A DNA stretch of 32,640 bases, from positions 1 through 32,640 of the IMG/VR virus record IMGVR_UViG_2541047942_000003; one strand, 5' to 3'. The notes under the pieces are model-generated. The model was given only the letters and a program-made list of their open reading frames with translations. It made no database searches and was not told the origin of the DNA. The DNA is from a virus (Duplodnaviria > Heunggongvirae > Uroviricota > Caudoviricetes). Positions 23,484 to 32,322 of the stretch are shown one piece after another. Positions within the stretch are counted from its first letter, which is position 1. The number at the start of each line of letters is the position of its first letter. The position numbers were made by a program, and so were the translations under genes.

Positions 23484-25967
23484 ATGTCTGGTTTTTTCCT
23501 TGATTTAACCAAGCTTTCGCCCAGTGTAAATAGCGACACAGCGATTCCACCGCGAGATATATTTACAGCTCTACCGAGCAAAGACACCAAATTTCAATAC
23601 CCTCGAGATGTGCAATCAGAGGTCTGGGAAAAATGGTATGAAGCAAGGAGAAGCCCAACCAATGTAATAAAAATGAATACCGGAAGCGGTAAAACTTCAG
23701 TTGGGTTAATCATTCTTAAAAGCTGTATAAATGAAGGAGAAGGTCCCGCTGTATATGTTGTTCCTGACAACTATCTAGTTGAGCAAGTGGTTTTGGAGGC
23801 TAATCAACTTGGTATACCTGTAACTCAAGATGAGAGGTCCCCCAAATTTATTGCAGGTAAAGAAATTTTAGTTACAAATATATTCAAAGTGGTTAATGGA
23901 CGTTCTGCATTTGGCGTTGGAGATGATGGACAAAAAATACCAATAGGTTCTATAATAATTGACGATGCTCACGCTTGCCTTTCTTCAATTGAAGAACAAT
24001 TCTCCATTAGCATTCAAAAAAATAACCCTGCCTATGATAAATTATTCAGAATTTTTGAAAATTCACTAATGACACAAGCTGGTGCAAAAACACTAGAGAT
24101 AAAATCCGGCGATAGAAATGCTTATGTGAGAGTTCCATTTTGGAAATGGCAAGAAAGCATAAATGATATAATGACAATCTTGTTAGAAAATAAAGACCAT
24201 GATGACTTGAGTTTCAAATGGCCATTAATAAAAGACAATCTAATATTATCGAAATGCGTTGTAAGTGCTTCCAAAATAGAGATATCACCTCATTGCATAC
24301 CAATCCAAATGATCCCAAGCCTATCAAACGCAAGAAGAAAAATATTCATGACAGCTACTCTTGTCGATGAATCCATTCTAGCGAGCCACTTCGGAATAAC
24401 GGATGAATCACTCTCTAATCCGATAACACCAAAAACAATTGGTGATATTGGTGATAGAATGATACTAATGCCTCAGGTTATAAACCCTAGTCTTTCTGAT
24501 GTAGATATCAAAGCTATGTGCAAGGAGATATCCTCCAAACATAATGTTGTTGTAATTGTACCATCCGATTACAGAACTAGATTTTGGCAAGATGTTGCAG
24601 ACAGAATATTAGATAAAAATACAATTTATCAAGGTGTACAAGAATTAAGGACACAACATGTTGGCTTAGTAGTCCTAGTTAATAGATATGATGGTATTGA
24701 TTTACCAAATACCGCATGTCGTCTATTAGTAATAGATGGACTTCCTGACGTTCGTAGACTAATAGATAAAGTCTCACAAAGCTTATTGCTTGGAAGCGAA
24801 AAAACCAAAGATGAAATTATCCAGAAAATTGAACAAGGAATGGGGCGAGGAGTGAGATCAAGCGACGACTTCTGCGGAGTGATCTTACTTGGCAAAGCAT
24901 TAAATGGCGCTGTTTTCCTTGGCTCCTCCTTAGAAAGGTTTTCTCCAGCAACGAAAGCACAAATTCAACTTTCACAGCAATTGGTATCGATACTGCCGGA
25001 TACAACTATTGATTCAATCAAAGGTGCTCTTGATTATTGTCTGTTACGCAATTCTGACTGGGTCTCAAAAAGCAAAGGTATATTGACTGGCTTAACATTG
25101 GAAAATAAGCAGATTGACCAGCATACTATAAACAAAAGATTGGCATATGACTTAGCATCACGAAATATGTTTCAACAAGCCGCTTTAACTCTAAAAAATG
25201 ATAGTAGTACAGCTGACAAAGTTTATAAGGGTTATCTAAAAGAACATGCTGCGGAATATGTAAACTTATATGACAAATCTGAAGCTCAGATATTGCTTCA
25301 GTCTGCATCAAACGATAACTATCGGGTATTAAAACCACTAATCGGCGTAACATATAATAGACTTAATGGTGCGGCACTTGAACAGGCCAGGGAATGTAGC
25401 TCCTATCTCAGAAGTAATTTTGAATCGGCGAATCAAGTCGTTGTGCATACTAATTCAATAATAGAAAACCTTATTTTCTCCGAGGGCACATCGAATCCCT
25501 TCGAAGATGCTATCGAAAAAGTTGCATATTTGGTCGGTTTTCGTAGCCAACGGCCAGAAAATGATACAGGTAAAGGACCTGACAATTTATGGGCAATGGG
25601 AGAAAACAATTATCTAGTAATTGAATGCAAAAATGGAGCAACCGCAGAAAGAATAAGTAAGCATGACTGCAATCAGTTAAATGGGTCGGGTGCATGGTTC
25701 AGAAACATGTATGATCAAACTGCTACCGCCACACCTATAATGATACATCACTCTAACATGCCTGAATATGCCGCAACACTAAACGAAGGGTCTCGAATAA
25801 TGACCATAAATGATCTTGAACGTTTTAAAGCATCTATCCTCAGTTTTATCACGGCCATTTGTACAAGTGATAAACGACACGATGAGATATTTATAAGAGA
25901 ACAATTGATCACATGTAAATTACGTGCATCAGACATAGTTGAGACCTATACGCGAAACCCTCGTTAA
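23484..25967 (+). CDS. Helicase-nuclease fusion, 827 aa: Rad3/DinG-like SF2 helicase with a C-terminal PD-(D/E)xK-like motif; candidate single-gene defence protein
   Basis: Walker A NTGSGKT (aa 65-71), motif II IIIDDAHA (aa 157-164), motif III FMTATL, motif VI QGMGRGVRSSDDFCGVILLG, and C-terminal E...GPD(aa 700)...VIECK(aa 714-716); strong RBS; AT-rich; occupies the P2 old/tin position. Confidence 0.7.
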   Translation: MSGFFLDLTKLSPSVNSDTAIPPRDIFTALPSKDTKFQYPRDVQSEVWEKWYEARRSPTNVIKMNTGSGKTSVGLIILKSCINEGEGPAVYVVPDNYLVEQVVLEANQLGIPVTQDERSPKFIAGKEILVTNIFKVVNGRSAFGVGDDGQKIPIGSIIIDDAHACLSSIEEQFSISIQKNNPAYDKLFRIFENSLMTQAGAKTLEIKSGDRNAYVRVPFWKWQESINDIMTILLENKDHDDLSFKWPLIKDNLILSKCVVSASKIEISPHCIPIQMIPSLSNARRKIFMTATLVDESILASHFGITDESLSNPITPKTIGDIGDRMILMPQVINPSLSDVDIKAMCKEISSKHNVVVIVPSDYRTRFWQDVADRILDKNTIYQGVQELRTQHVGLVVLVNRYDGIDLPNTACRLLVIDGLPDVRRLIDKVSQSLLLGSEKTKDEIIQKIEQGMGRGVRSSDDFCGVILLGKALNGAVFLGSSLERFSPATKAQIQLSQQLVSILPDTTIDSIKGALDYCLLRNSDWVSKSKGILTGLTLENKQIDQHTINKRLAYDLASRNMFQQAALTLKNDSSTADKVYKGYLKEHAAEYVNLYDKSEAQILLQSASNDNYRVLKPLIGVTYNRLNGAALEQARECSSYLRSNFESANQVVVHTNSIIENLIFSEGTSNPFEDAIEKVAYLVGFRSQRPENDTGKGPDNLWAMGENNYLVIECKNGATAERISKHDCNQLNGSGAWFRNMYDQTATATPIMIHHSNMPEYAATLNEGSRIMTINDLERFKASILSFITAICTSDKRHDEIFIREQLITCKLRASDIVETYTRNPR

Positions 25968-25976
25968 ACAGTAAAA

Positions 25977-25999
25977 GACCACCTCCTAAGGAGGTGGTC
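25977..25999. terminator. Perfect 10-bp stem-loop GACCACCTCC-TAA-GGAGGTGGTC, 10 nt after the helicase stop codon
   Basis: Read directly from the DNA; flanked by AAAA upstream and a T-rich stretch downstream, so it could terminate either convergent transcript. Confidence 0.5.
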
Positions 26000-26206
26000 C
26001 TTGTATAATAAAAAGAACCAGTTTTTATTGTTAATAATACAATTCTCGAATTTCAACATAGACTTATTGTACCACCAGTAAAATCATCAATATTAATATA
26101 TAGAAAAAAAGAAATGTCGATTATTTGTACGTAGCGTAATCATATTAACATATACAGATAAACAGCAACCTTACCATTATGCAACCAATCTAAAACATTA
26201 TGTTTA

Positions 26207-28486
26207 TTACTCTGAATAACCAGAAAACCCACTCCACTCATCTACACTAGGATATGAAAATTGCTTTTCATTGTAATTGACGATCGCACCGCGTACTAAC
26301 GCCTCAAGCTCCCATCGCTGCGGCCTGATACCGTTTTGAGCAAGGTCAACGCGGATACGGGTGATTTGCATTCGTTCCGACCTGGTCAGTCTGGCCGATG
26401 GTGCAATTTCATGTGGTTTTAACGGGCTTCCGTTTCTTTGCTGACGACTTGGCGTTCTCCGACCGTGTTTTAATGCACCCCTGAGCGCCCTCACGACCTC
26501 CGGGTCATTCCATTCGATAACACCGTCATCAACCAGATTTAGCACTGCTGCGGCGTGCTCAGAAGGTGTGGGAGCCGGTAACGAAGTATCACCACCGGTG
26601 AGCTTTCCACAGTTATTGACAGGACTCCGAGGCGCGGCGATGCCGCTTTTTAAAGTCAAAGGCTCAAAGACCGGCACTTTCGGAACAATGCGCCAGTCCG
26701 TCGTTCTGGTGATATGAATATGACGCGCGCCGAGATGCGGCGCGTAAATGCCGACCACTCTCTCGACTTCTTCCTCATACTCGTTAACGTCATCCGACGG
26801 GCTACGGGCGACCCTGACAGTCTGACAATCGCGCGGGACATTTGCCCCACCCTGCGCGCTGATATACAACGCAAAATCACCACTGTCTGCGGCGGCGCGT
26901 GCAGCCTCGACGCGCTCGTCAAACTCATCAGCAATGCTGACGCCGCGAGGCAATTTGCGTAGTTCACGGTAAGCCCCCATTGTCGGCAGACCAACCGTTT
27001 TAAATTGCGGGATGCGCCACGTTGACGCCCATGCGGTAACAGCCGCGGCAGTGTCTTTCAGCGGTCTGCCGGTATCATTATCGAGCTGACCATCCAGTGC
27101 ATATCCGTCGATATTTTTTGAGATGTATTTCGCGATATACCCCGCAGCACCGCCCCGGTTAAGGTGTTTCGCCTGAAAACGGTTTCGCGCGGCTCCTCTT
27201 TCGTCGCCATCCTCTTTGAGCGCGTAGCGACGCATGATTTCAATAATCTGGTTACGCTGGCGTGGATTACAAAAAAGCATCATATGCCAGTGCGGCGTTC
27301 CGTCGTGGTGTGGCTCGACGACTCGCAAACCGTAGGCCTGTAAATCATTATCCTTGAATGCCGTGCGCATCAGGCTCCAGATGCGGCAGAGATAACGCTG
27401 AGCATCCTTTGGATTAAATGCCTCATCATTCCAGCCGTGATTTAGCTGGACGGTTTTACTTTCGCCTTTTCCGACCTGACGTGTCGGGTGATACTTTGAC
27501 GGCGCGGTCAGCGTGATAAACATCCCCACATCACCCTCTGCGGCGGCGTAACGCTCAATACCGGCAATGGTGTTCATCAGCTCCATCCGGCGAATTTCAG
27601 GATTAGAAATACTGCCCATCACCTTACTGATAAGGTCGATGCGTTCGCCGGTTTCCCTGTTTTCAAGGTCACACGATTTAAGAAATTCCAGATTTGCCTG
27701 GCGGCGCGCACGCACATCACGAATGGCATGTTTACTGGCATAAGGAGAACGGTCTTTATTGACCTCCCCGACAGCAATCAGTAACGCCTCATGCCAGCGC
27801 ATACGCTGGCCTTTAAGCTGATGAGTCCACCACTCATCGTTAAACAGGCGGGCAATAGCAGAATATGCCTGCCTCGTGGTCATCTGTCCTTTACGGTATT
27901 TTTTCCAGTAGAGAGGGGAAATATTGAAAGCACGTGCAGCGCCAGCAACATGACCATAGAGGTGAGCCTGCGCCTCATCCGTAAACAGCGATTCTTTCTC
28001 GCCATGCGCATCCACCCAGGCATCGCAGAGTTCCTCATACATCATGAAAAGCTGTGATGAGATACGGGCGGCAAACTTTTTCAGCTCCTTGTCATTCATT
28101 CCCGGCAGGCGCGCATAGTGGTCACGCTCTGCCAGAAACAGCAACGACGCGTCGGTGTTCATTTCATGGCGCTGATTCACACGCTCAATGCGCGGCCATA
28201 AACGACGCTGAAAAGTGGATGTGAGGAAATAAAACCCGTGCACCGGGCTTTTATTGCGCCGGATGTAGTCATAGCGTGAAGTAAACAGCGAGCGCAAAAA
28301 GTAAGGCAGGCGGTTAATCGTGGATAAAACACCTTGCACCTGACGCATCTCGTCACGTGTAAGGGGTCTTTCGCGCCCGACAGCCTCGCGTGGCGCGTTC
28401 CATGCATAAGCACCGGTAAACGCCTTACCGGTGCCTGCAGCAAATGCTGACGGAGGGACAAAACGCCCGGAGGCTTTAACGGCCAT
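26207..28486 (-). CDS. A: Replication initiation protein gpA (rolling-circle nickase), 759 aa
   Basis: Translation from MAVKASGRFVPPSAFAAGTGKAF... matches P2 gpA; start placed at the ATG ending at 28486 rather than the track start at 28528. Confidence 0.9.
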   Translation of the reverse strand: MAVKASGRFVPPSAFAAGTGKAFTGAYAWNAPREAVGRERPLTRDEMRQVQGVLSTINRLPYFLRSLFTSRYDYIRRNKSPVHGFYFLTSTFQRRLWPRIERVNQRHEMNTDASLLFLAERDHYARLPGMNDKELKKFAARISSQLFMMYEELCDAWVDAHGEKESLFTDEAQAHLYGHVAGAARAFNISPLYWKKYRKGQMTTRQAYSAIARLFNDEWWTHQLKGQRMRWHEALLIAVGEVNKDRSPYASKHAIRDVRARRQANLEFLKSCDLENRETGERIDLISKVMGSISNPEIRRMELMNTIAGIERYAAAEGDVGMFITLTAPSKYHPTRQVGKGESKTVQLNHGWNDEAFNPKDAQRYLCRIWSLMRTAFKDNDLQAYGLRVVEPHHDGTPHWHMMLFCNPRQRNQIIEIMRRYALKEDGDERGAARNRFQAKHLNRGGAAGYIAKYISKNIDGYALDGQLDNDTGRPLKDTAAAVTAWASTWRIPQFKTVGLPTMGAYRELRKLPRGVSIADEFDERVEAARAAADSGDFALYISAQGGANVPRDCQTVRVARSPSDDVNEYEEEVERVVGIYAPHLGARHIHITRTTDWRIVPKVPVFEPLTLKSGIAAPRSPVNNCGKLTGGDTSLPAPTPSEHAAAVLNLVDDGVIEWNDPEVVRALRGALKHGRRTPSRQQRNGSPLKPHEIAPSARLTRSERMQITRIRVDLAQNGIRPQRWELEALVRGAIVNYNEKQFSYPSVDEWSGFSGYSE

Positions 28487-28751
28487 ATGAGCCAAAAGCC
28501 TCTGAACAACGCTTGCTGAGTTGCTCAACCTGCGCGTTTAAATCAGCAAAAGACTTTGCGCTTCCGGTCAGAATATCGTGATGCATCAGGCCGGAAACGA
28601 GCTGGCTTAATTTCGGGTAATAACCAACCACCGCCAGCCATTCCTGACCGGCGTTTTTACCGCTTTCCGCTCTCTTTTTCTCGTGGAGAATAAACTGGAA
28701 GCTGTCACTGGTAACGACATAACGTTCGCCAATTTCAATACGAATACTCAT
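28476..28751 (-). CDS. Small early-operon protein, 91 aa, at the P2 orf83 position
   Basis: Lies upstream of A in the cox-B-A operon; assigned by synteny only. Confidence 0.6.
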   Translation of the reverse strand: MSIRIEIGERYVVTSDSFQFILHEKKRAESGKNAGQEWLAVVGYYPKLSQLVSGLMHHDILTGSAKSFADLNAQVEQLSKRCSEAFGSYGR

Positions 28752-28972
28752 GCCGTTCTCCGGTAATGTTTGTTTTTTGCTTCAAAGACTGACTGACAGG
28801 AAACACAACGCGTGGCTGACGGATAAGCCGCACGACGGGCAGCAGGTATTGGCGCGTCACACTCTTCGCAAACCAGCGCAGAAGCACCGCAATGTTTTAC
28901 CCTTGCCGCGTTAATCTGGCGCTCCAGTAATTCAGCCTGTTGTTCCTGAATGAAATCTACGTTGTCCGGCAT
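28748..28972 (-). CDS. TraR/DksA-type C4 zinc-finger protein, 74 aa, at the P2 orf82 position
   Basis: CEECDAPIP...CVSCQ four-cysteine motif; synteny. Confidence 0.7.
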   Translation of the reverse strand: MPDNVDFIQEQQAELLERQINAARVKHCGASALVCEECDAPIPAARRAAYPSATRCVSCQSVFEAKNKHYRRTA

Positions 28973-29277
28973 TACCAGTTCCTTTTGTCGTTCAGTTTCT
29001 TAAATTCATCAGCGCAATAGCTGGCGAGTTCTGTCGTTAATTTTGTCAGTTCATCCACTGAGGAAATTTGCTTGTGAAATACAGCGCGTTTCACAAGTAA
29101 ATTGATCACATCAGACAGGAGGTTTAATTCGCTCTGATAAATCGCGATAACAGATTCAGTTATGTCGCGCTTTTCTTTATCAAGACCAAGTTGAATAAGA
29201 GACAAATCGCCATTTTCCATAACGGCGATTTTTAAGGCGTTATTCAGTAATACAACTGAATGAGAACAGGACATCAA
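28972..29277 (-). CDS. Hypothetical early-operon protein, 101 aa, at the P2 orf81 position
   Basis: Synteny; start and stop overlaps with neighbouring genes. Confidence 0.6.
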
Positions 29278-29498
29278 AGCACCTCCCCACGAGACAATCC
29301 GATATTGTGAAATTTTTCCGACTCCTGACTGAGCAGCTCGACTATCTCCACGCGGGATAACTCCGCCTTTGTGATGTGGCGAATCATGGCGTCAAGATGA
29401 GAAGAAAAGCGCGTCGCAGCGTCGGCCTGTGCTTCGGTTCTGGCCTGTTGCAGCAGTAATGCGTATATACCGCACTGATTTTCAGAAACTGTATGCAT
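29274..29498 (-). CDS. Hypothetical early-operon protein, about 74 aa, at the P2 orf80 position
   Basis: Internal ATG (MHTVSENQ) preceded by GGAG; synteny. Confidence 0.55.
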
Positions 29499-29561
29499 GA
29501 CTTTCTCCAGGCAAAAAGAAGCCCCGCACAATTAAGTGCGTTAAAAACTCTGGTTAATTAC

Positions 29562-30068
29562 TTAATGCAGATATTGCTCTGGTTTTACCGACGTCAGAAT
29601 TGTCGGTGCATACTCAAACAGACTGAATAATTCACGTAATGCACGGAATAAAGCATCACGCCAGTAACATGATTCTTCATTAATTCGCCAGTATGGCTGG
29701 TTAAATTCTTTTTCTGTCAGTCGTGCGTGCATAAATAAAGTGCGACGCTGACTGACTGTTAAAAAACTAATATATGCATACTCACTTGCGCCAACCTGAC
29801 GGCGTTTTGAGAATGCCCCACGCAATTCATCAATTGCACATACCAGTCGTTCACGTTCGACGTCGTTCATTTCTTCAAAACGCATCGTTGCGTGACGCTG
29901 TTTTAACTGCGCATGGAAGCAAACCGTTAGCCGTTCACGTTCCATCATCTGATTATAATAATCGCATGTCTCCTGCCAGCGAGGGACGGCCAGATGCTTA
30001 CCAATTATCCGGCGCATAGTTGCTGGCTGTTTTTCAACGAGATTGAGCGTCATCACTGTCATTTCCAT
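29562..30068 (-). CDS. B: Replication protein gpB (helicase loader-like)
   Basis: Translation ...MTVMTLNLVEKQPATMRRIIGKHLAVPRWQ... matches P2 gpB; the exact start may be 2 codons into the track ORF. Confidence 0.88.
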   Translation of the reverse strand: MEMTVMTLNLVEKQPATMRRIIGKHLAVPRWQETCDYYNQMMERERLTVCFHAQLKQRHATMRFEEMNDVERERLVCAIDELRGAFSKRRQVGASEYAYISFLTVSQRRTLFMHARLTEKEFNQPYWRINEESCYWRDALFRALRELFSLFEYAPTILTSVKPEQYLH

Positions 30069-30253
30069 ACCCTCCGGCTTTTCAGAAAGGTCAGAGCCTT
30101 TTTTAACGGACTCTGTTTTTTGGTGCGGATAATGATTCCCTTACGCCCCTTACCGTGGGTGATGTTGAAGTCAATCGCCCTGGGGCTTTCGTTACGCAGT
30201 AACTGAGCAATACAACGAGGCTCATTCATACGGTTCTCCTTAACGTGGTTCAC
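30059..30253 (-). CDS. Small hypothetical protein at the P2 orf78 position
   Basis: Synteny between cox and B; start uncertain. Confidence 0.5.
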   Translation of the reverse strand: MNHVKENRMNEPRCIAQLLRNESPRAIDFNITHGKGRKGIIIRTKKQSPLKKALTFLKSRRVWK

Positions 30254-30515
30254 CGAGACCTAACCACATCAACCAGCCGTCACGAATCTCTTTAGGGCGG
30301 CTTTCATAAGCCAGTTTTAGTCCGTTATTCCATGCCGGAAGGTATACCCAATATTCACCTGCACGACCTGAAGCTGATTGTGGATCGGTCATATCAATTA
30401 CAGGCAGCTTTCCTTTATCGATCATCCGACGAACCGCTCCTGTCGATTTTCCTATTAGTTTTGCGAACTCCTGATAAGGAATCGCATCAGTCATGAGTGT
30501 TACTTGCTTGCTCAT
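30240..30515 (-). CDS. cox: Cox excisionase and early-promoter repressor
   Basis: 91-aa translation MSKQVTLMTDAIPYQEFAKLIGKSTGAVRRMIDKGKLPV... matches P2 Cox. Confidence 0.92.
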   Translation of the reverse strand: MSKQVTLMTDAIPYQEFAKLIGKSTGAVRRMIDKGKLPVIDMTDPQSASGRAGEYWVYLPAWNNGLKLAYESRPKEIRDGWLMWLGLGEPR

Positions 30516-30629
30516 GTCGTCCTCCAGCCCTCATGAATTGCGTTTAATGCCTTATAATGCCTTTTAGTGCCCACATCCAAGCACTAAACAATCTACATCT
30601 AAACTAAATACTATTGAGATCTAAACACC
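30516..30629. promoter_or_regulatory. Immunity switch region between cox and C: consensus TATAAT (30553-30558) flanked by direct repeats TAATGCCTT (30546-30554 and 30556-30564)
   Basis: Motifs read directly; interpreted by analogy with the P2 Pe/Pc face-to-face promoters and C operator direct repeats. Confidence 0.45.
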
Positions 30630-30929
30630 ATGTCAAACACGATAAGCGAGAAGATAGTCTTAATGCGAAAATCAGAGTATTTGAGCAGACAACAACTTGC
30701 TGATTTAACAGGGGTTCCGTATGGCACGCTGAGTTACTATGAAAGTGGTCGTTCAACACCTCCAACAGATGTCATGATGAACATCCTGCAGACCCCACAA
30801 TTCACCAAATACACTTTATGGTTCATGACCAATCAGATCGCTCCTGAGTCCGGGCAAATTGCGCCCGCTCTCGCACACTTTGGGCAAAACGAAACAACGT
30901 CGCCCCACTCCGGTCAAAAGACTGGTTAA
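30630..30929 (+). CDS. C: Immunity repressor C
   Basis: 99-aa translation with a helix-turn-helix (LSRQQLADLTGVPYGTLSYYESGR); matches P2 C. Confidence 0.9.
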   Translation: MSNTISEKIVLMRKSEYLSRQQLADLTGVPYGTLSYYESGRSTPPTDVMMNILQTPQFTKYTLWFMTNQIAPESGQIAPALAHFGQNETTSPHSGQKTG

Positions 30930-31044
30930 CAATTCATCGTGAATATATTCATCACAAGTGCCTACTATTGGTGGCTAAATTTCAGCCACCACGAAAAAAG
31001 CGATTAGTAGTCGCCAAAAAACACACCACTCGGAGGGTTTTCTG

Positions 31045-32058
31045 ATGGCAATCAAAAAACTCGATGATGGTCGATATGAAGTGGACATCCGCCCTACTGG
31101 ACGTAATGGAAAACGCATCCGTAGGAAGTTTGATAAGAAAAGCGAAGCTGTCGCTTTCGAGAAATACACGTTGTACAACCACCACAATAAAGAATGGCTA
31201 TCAAAACCAACAGACAAGCGACGTCTGTCGGAGCTGACACAGATCTGGTGGGATTTAAAGGGTAAACACGAAGAGCATGGGAAATCTAATCTTGGAAAAA
31301 TTGAAATCTTCACAAAAATAACGAATGACCCATGCGCATTTCAAATTACGAAATCGCTTATCAGCCAGTACTGCGCCACCCGAAGAAGTCAGGGTATTAA
31401 ACCTTCGAGTATCAATCGTGATTTAACATGTATTAGCGGCATGTTTACAGCCCTGATTGAAGCGGAGTTATTCTTTGGTGAGCACCCTATCAGAGGGACA
31501 AAAAGGCTTAAGGAGGAAAAACCAGACACAGGCTATCTCACGCAGGAAGAAATTGCCTTACTGCTTGCTGCTCTTGACGGCGACAATAAAAAGATTGCGA
31601 TTCTTTGCCTGAGTACTGGAGCACGTTGGGGAGAAGCAGCTCGTTTGAAAGCAGAAAATATCATCCATAACCGCGTCACGTTTGTTAAAACGAAAACAAA
31701 CAAACCACGCACCGTCCCGATCTCAGAGGCTGTTGCCAAAATGATCGCGGATAACAAACGAGGTTTTTTATTCCCTGATGCTGATTACCCTCGCTTCAGA
31801 CGAACAATGAAAGCAATAAAACCGGATTTGCCAATGGGGCAAGCCACACATGCACTAAGGCACAGCTTTGCCACTCATTTCATGATTAATGGAGGAAGTA
31901 TTATCACGCTACAACGGATACTAGGTCACACGCGGATTGAGCAAACTATGGTTTACGCTCACTTTGCGCCAGAGTACCTTCAGGACGCCATTTCTCTTAA
32001 TCCGCTAAGAGGTGGTACTGAGGCCGAGAGTGTCCACACAGTGTCCACAGTAGAGTAA
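31045..32058 (+). CDS. int: Tyrosine integrase
   Basis: 337-aa translation matches P2 Int, with HALRHSFATH and a C-terminal catalytic Tyr region (MVYAHF); adjacent to attL. Confidence 0.92.
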   Translation: MAIKKLDDGRYEVDIRPTGRNGKRIRRKFDKKSEAVAFEKYTLYNHHNKEWLSKPTDKRRLSELTQIWWDLKGKHEEHGKSNLGKIEIFTKITNDPCAFQITKSLISQYCATRRSQGIKPSSINRDLTCISGMFTALIEAELFFGEHPIRGTKRLKEEKPDTGYLTQEEIALLLAALDGDNKKIAILCLSTGARWGEAARLKAENIIHNRVTFVKTKTNKPRTVPISEAVAKMIADNKRGFLFPDADYPRFRRTMKAIKPDLPMGQATHALRHSFATHFMINGGSIITLQRILGHTRIEQTMVYAHFAPEYLQDAISLNPLRGGTEAESVHTVSTVE

Positions 32059-32137
32059 CGTTTAAGGGCTTTCAGTGGTAATTTATGCCGCTCAAACCCG
32101 CATTGTACCGTTGAAAGCCCCTACTGGTGACACCCTA

Positions 32138-32165
32138 AATCTCCCTTACACGGGCTTATTTTTTA
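32138..32165. repeat. attL core, 28-bp direct repeat identical to 145-172
   Basis: Exact repeat AATCTCCCTTACACGGGCTTATTTTTTA. Confidence 0.8.
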
Positions 32166-32322
32166 TGCATAAGCCCTATCTCTGGTAACCGTCTTCCATT
32201 GACCACATCGATAGAATCCTCCTTCATAGCACGATGCCTTTCACTTATCGGCATCGTGCTCCCACAGGTTCCGGCTACGCACAGCCAGAACGCGCATATT
32301 TGACGCTTACCAAAAAATATTC

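Larger units (their letters stand above)
145..32165 (-). mobile_element. Integrated P2-like prophage, about 32 kb, bounded by direct repeats of the att core; phage map is reversed relative to the window
   Basis: Identical 28-bp direct repeats at both ends; full P2 gene order and protein matches in the ORF translations; int adjacent to attL; P2-type cos sequence at 23282-23300. Confidence 0.9.

Noticed and set aside
24629-25695. Short minus-strand ORFs (61-88 aa) inside the helicase-nuclease gene
   Set aside because: Antisense to a strongly supported long ORF.
23484-25967. Helicase-nuclease as the Res subunit of a type III restriction-modification system
   Set aside because: No adjacent Mod methyltransferase gene in the island, and the helicase motif VI context looks Rad3/DinG-like rather than Res-like. 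Not excluded without a search.
26656-28509. Internal ORFs within gene A on both strands (112, 82, 88 and 110 aa)
   Set aside because: Embedded in or antisense to the A coding region; no independent support.
30975-31313. Minus-strand ORFs (112 and 67 aa) overlapping the int 5' region
   Set aside because: Antisense to int; no supporting features.
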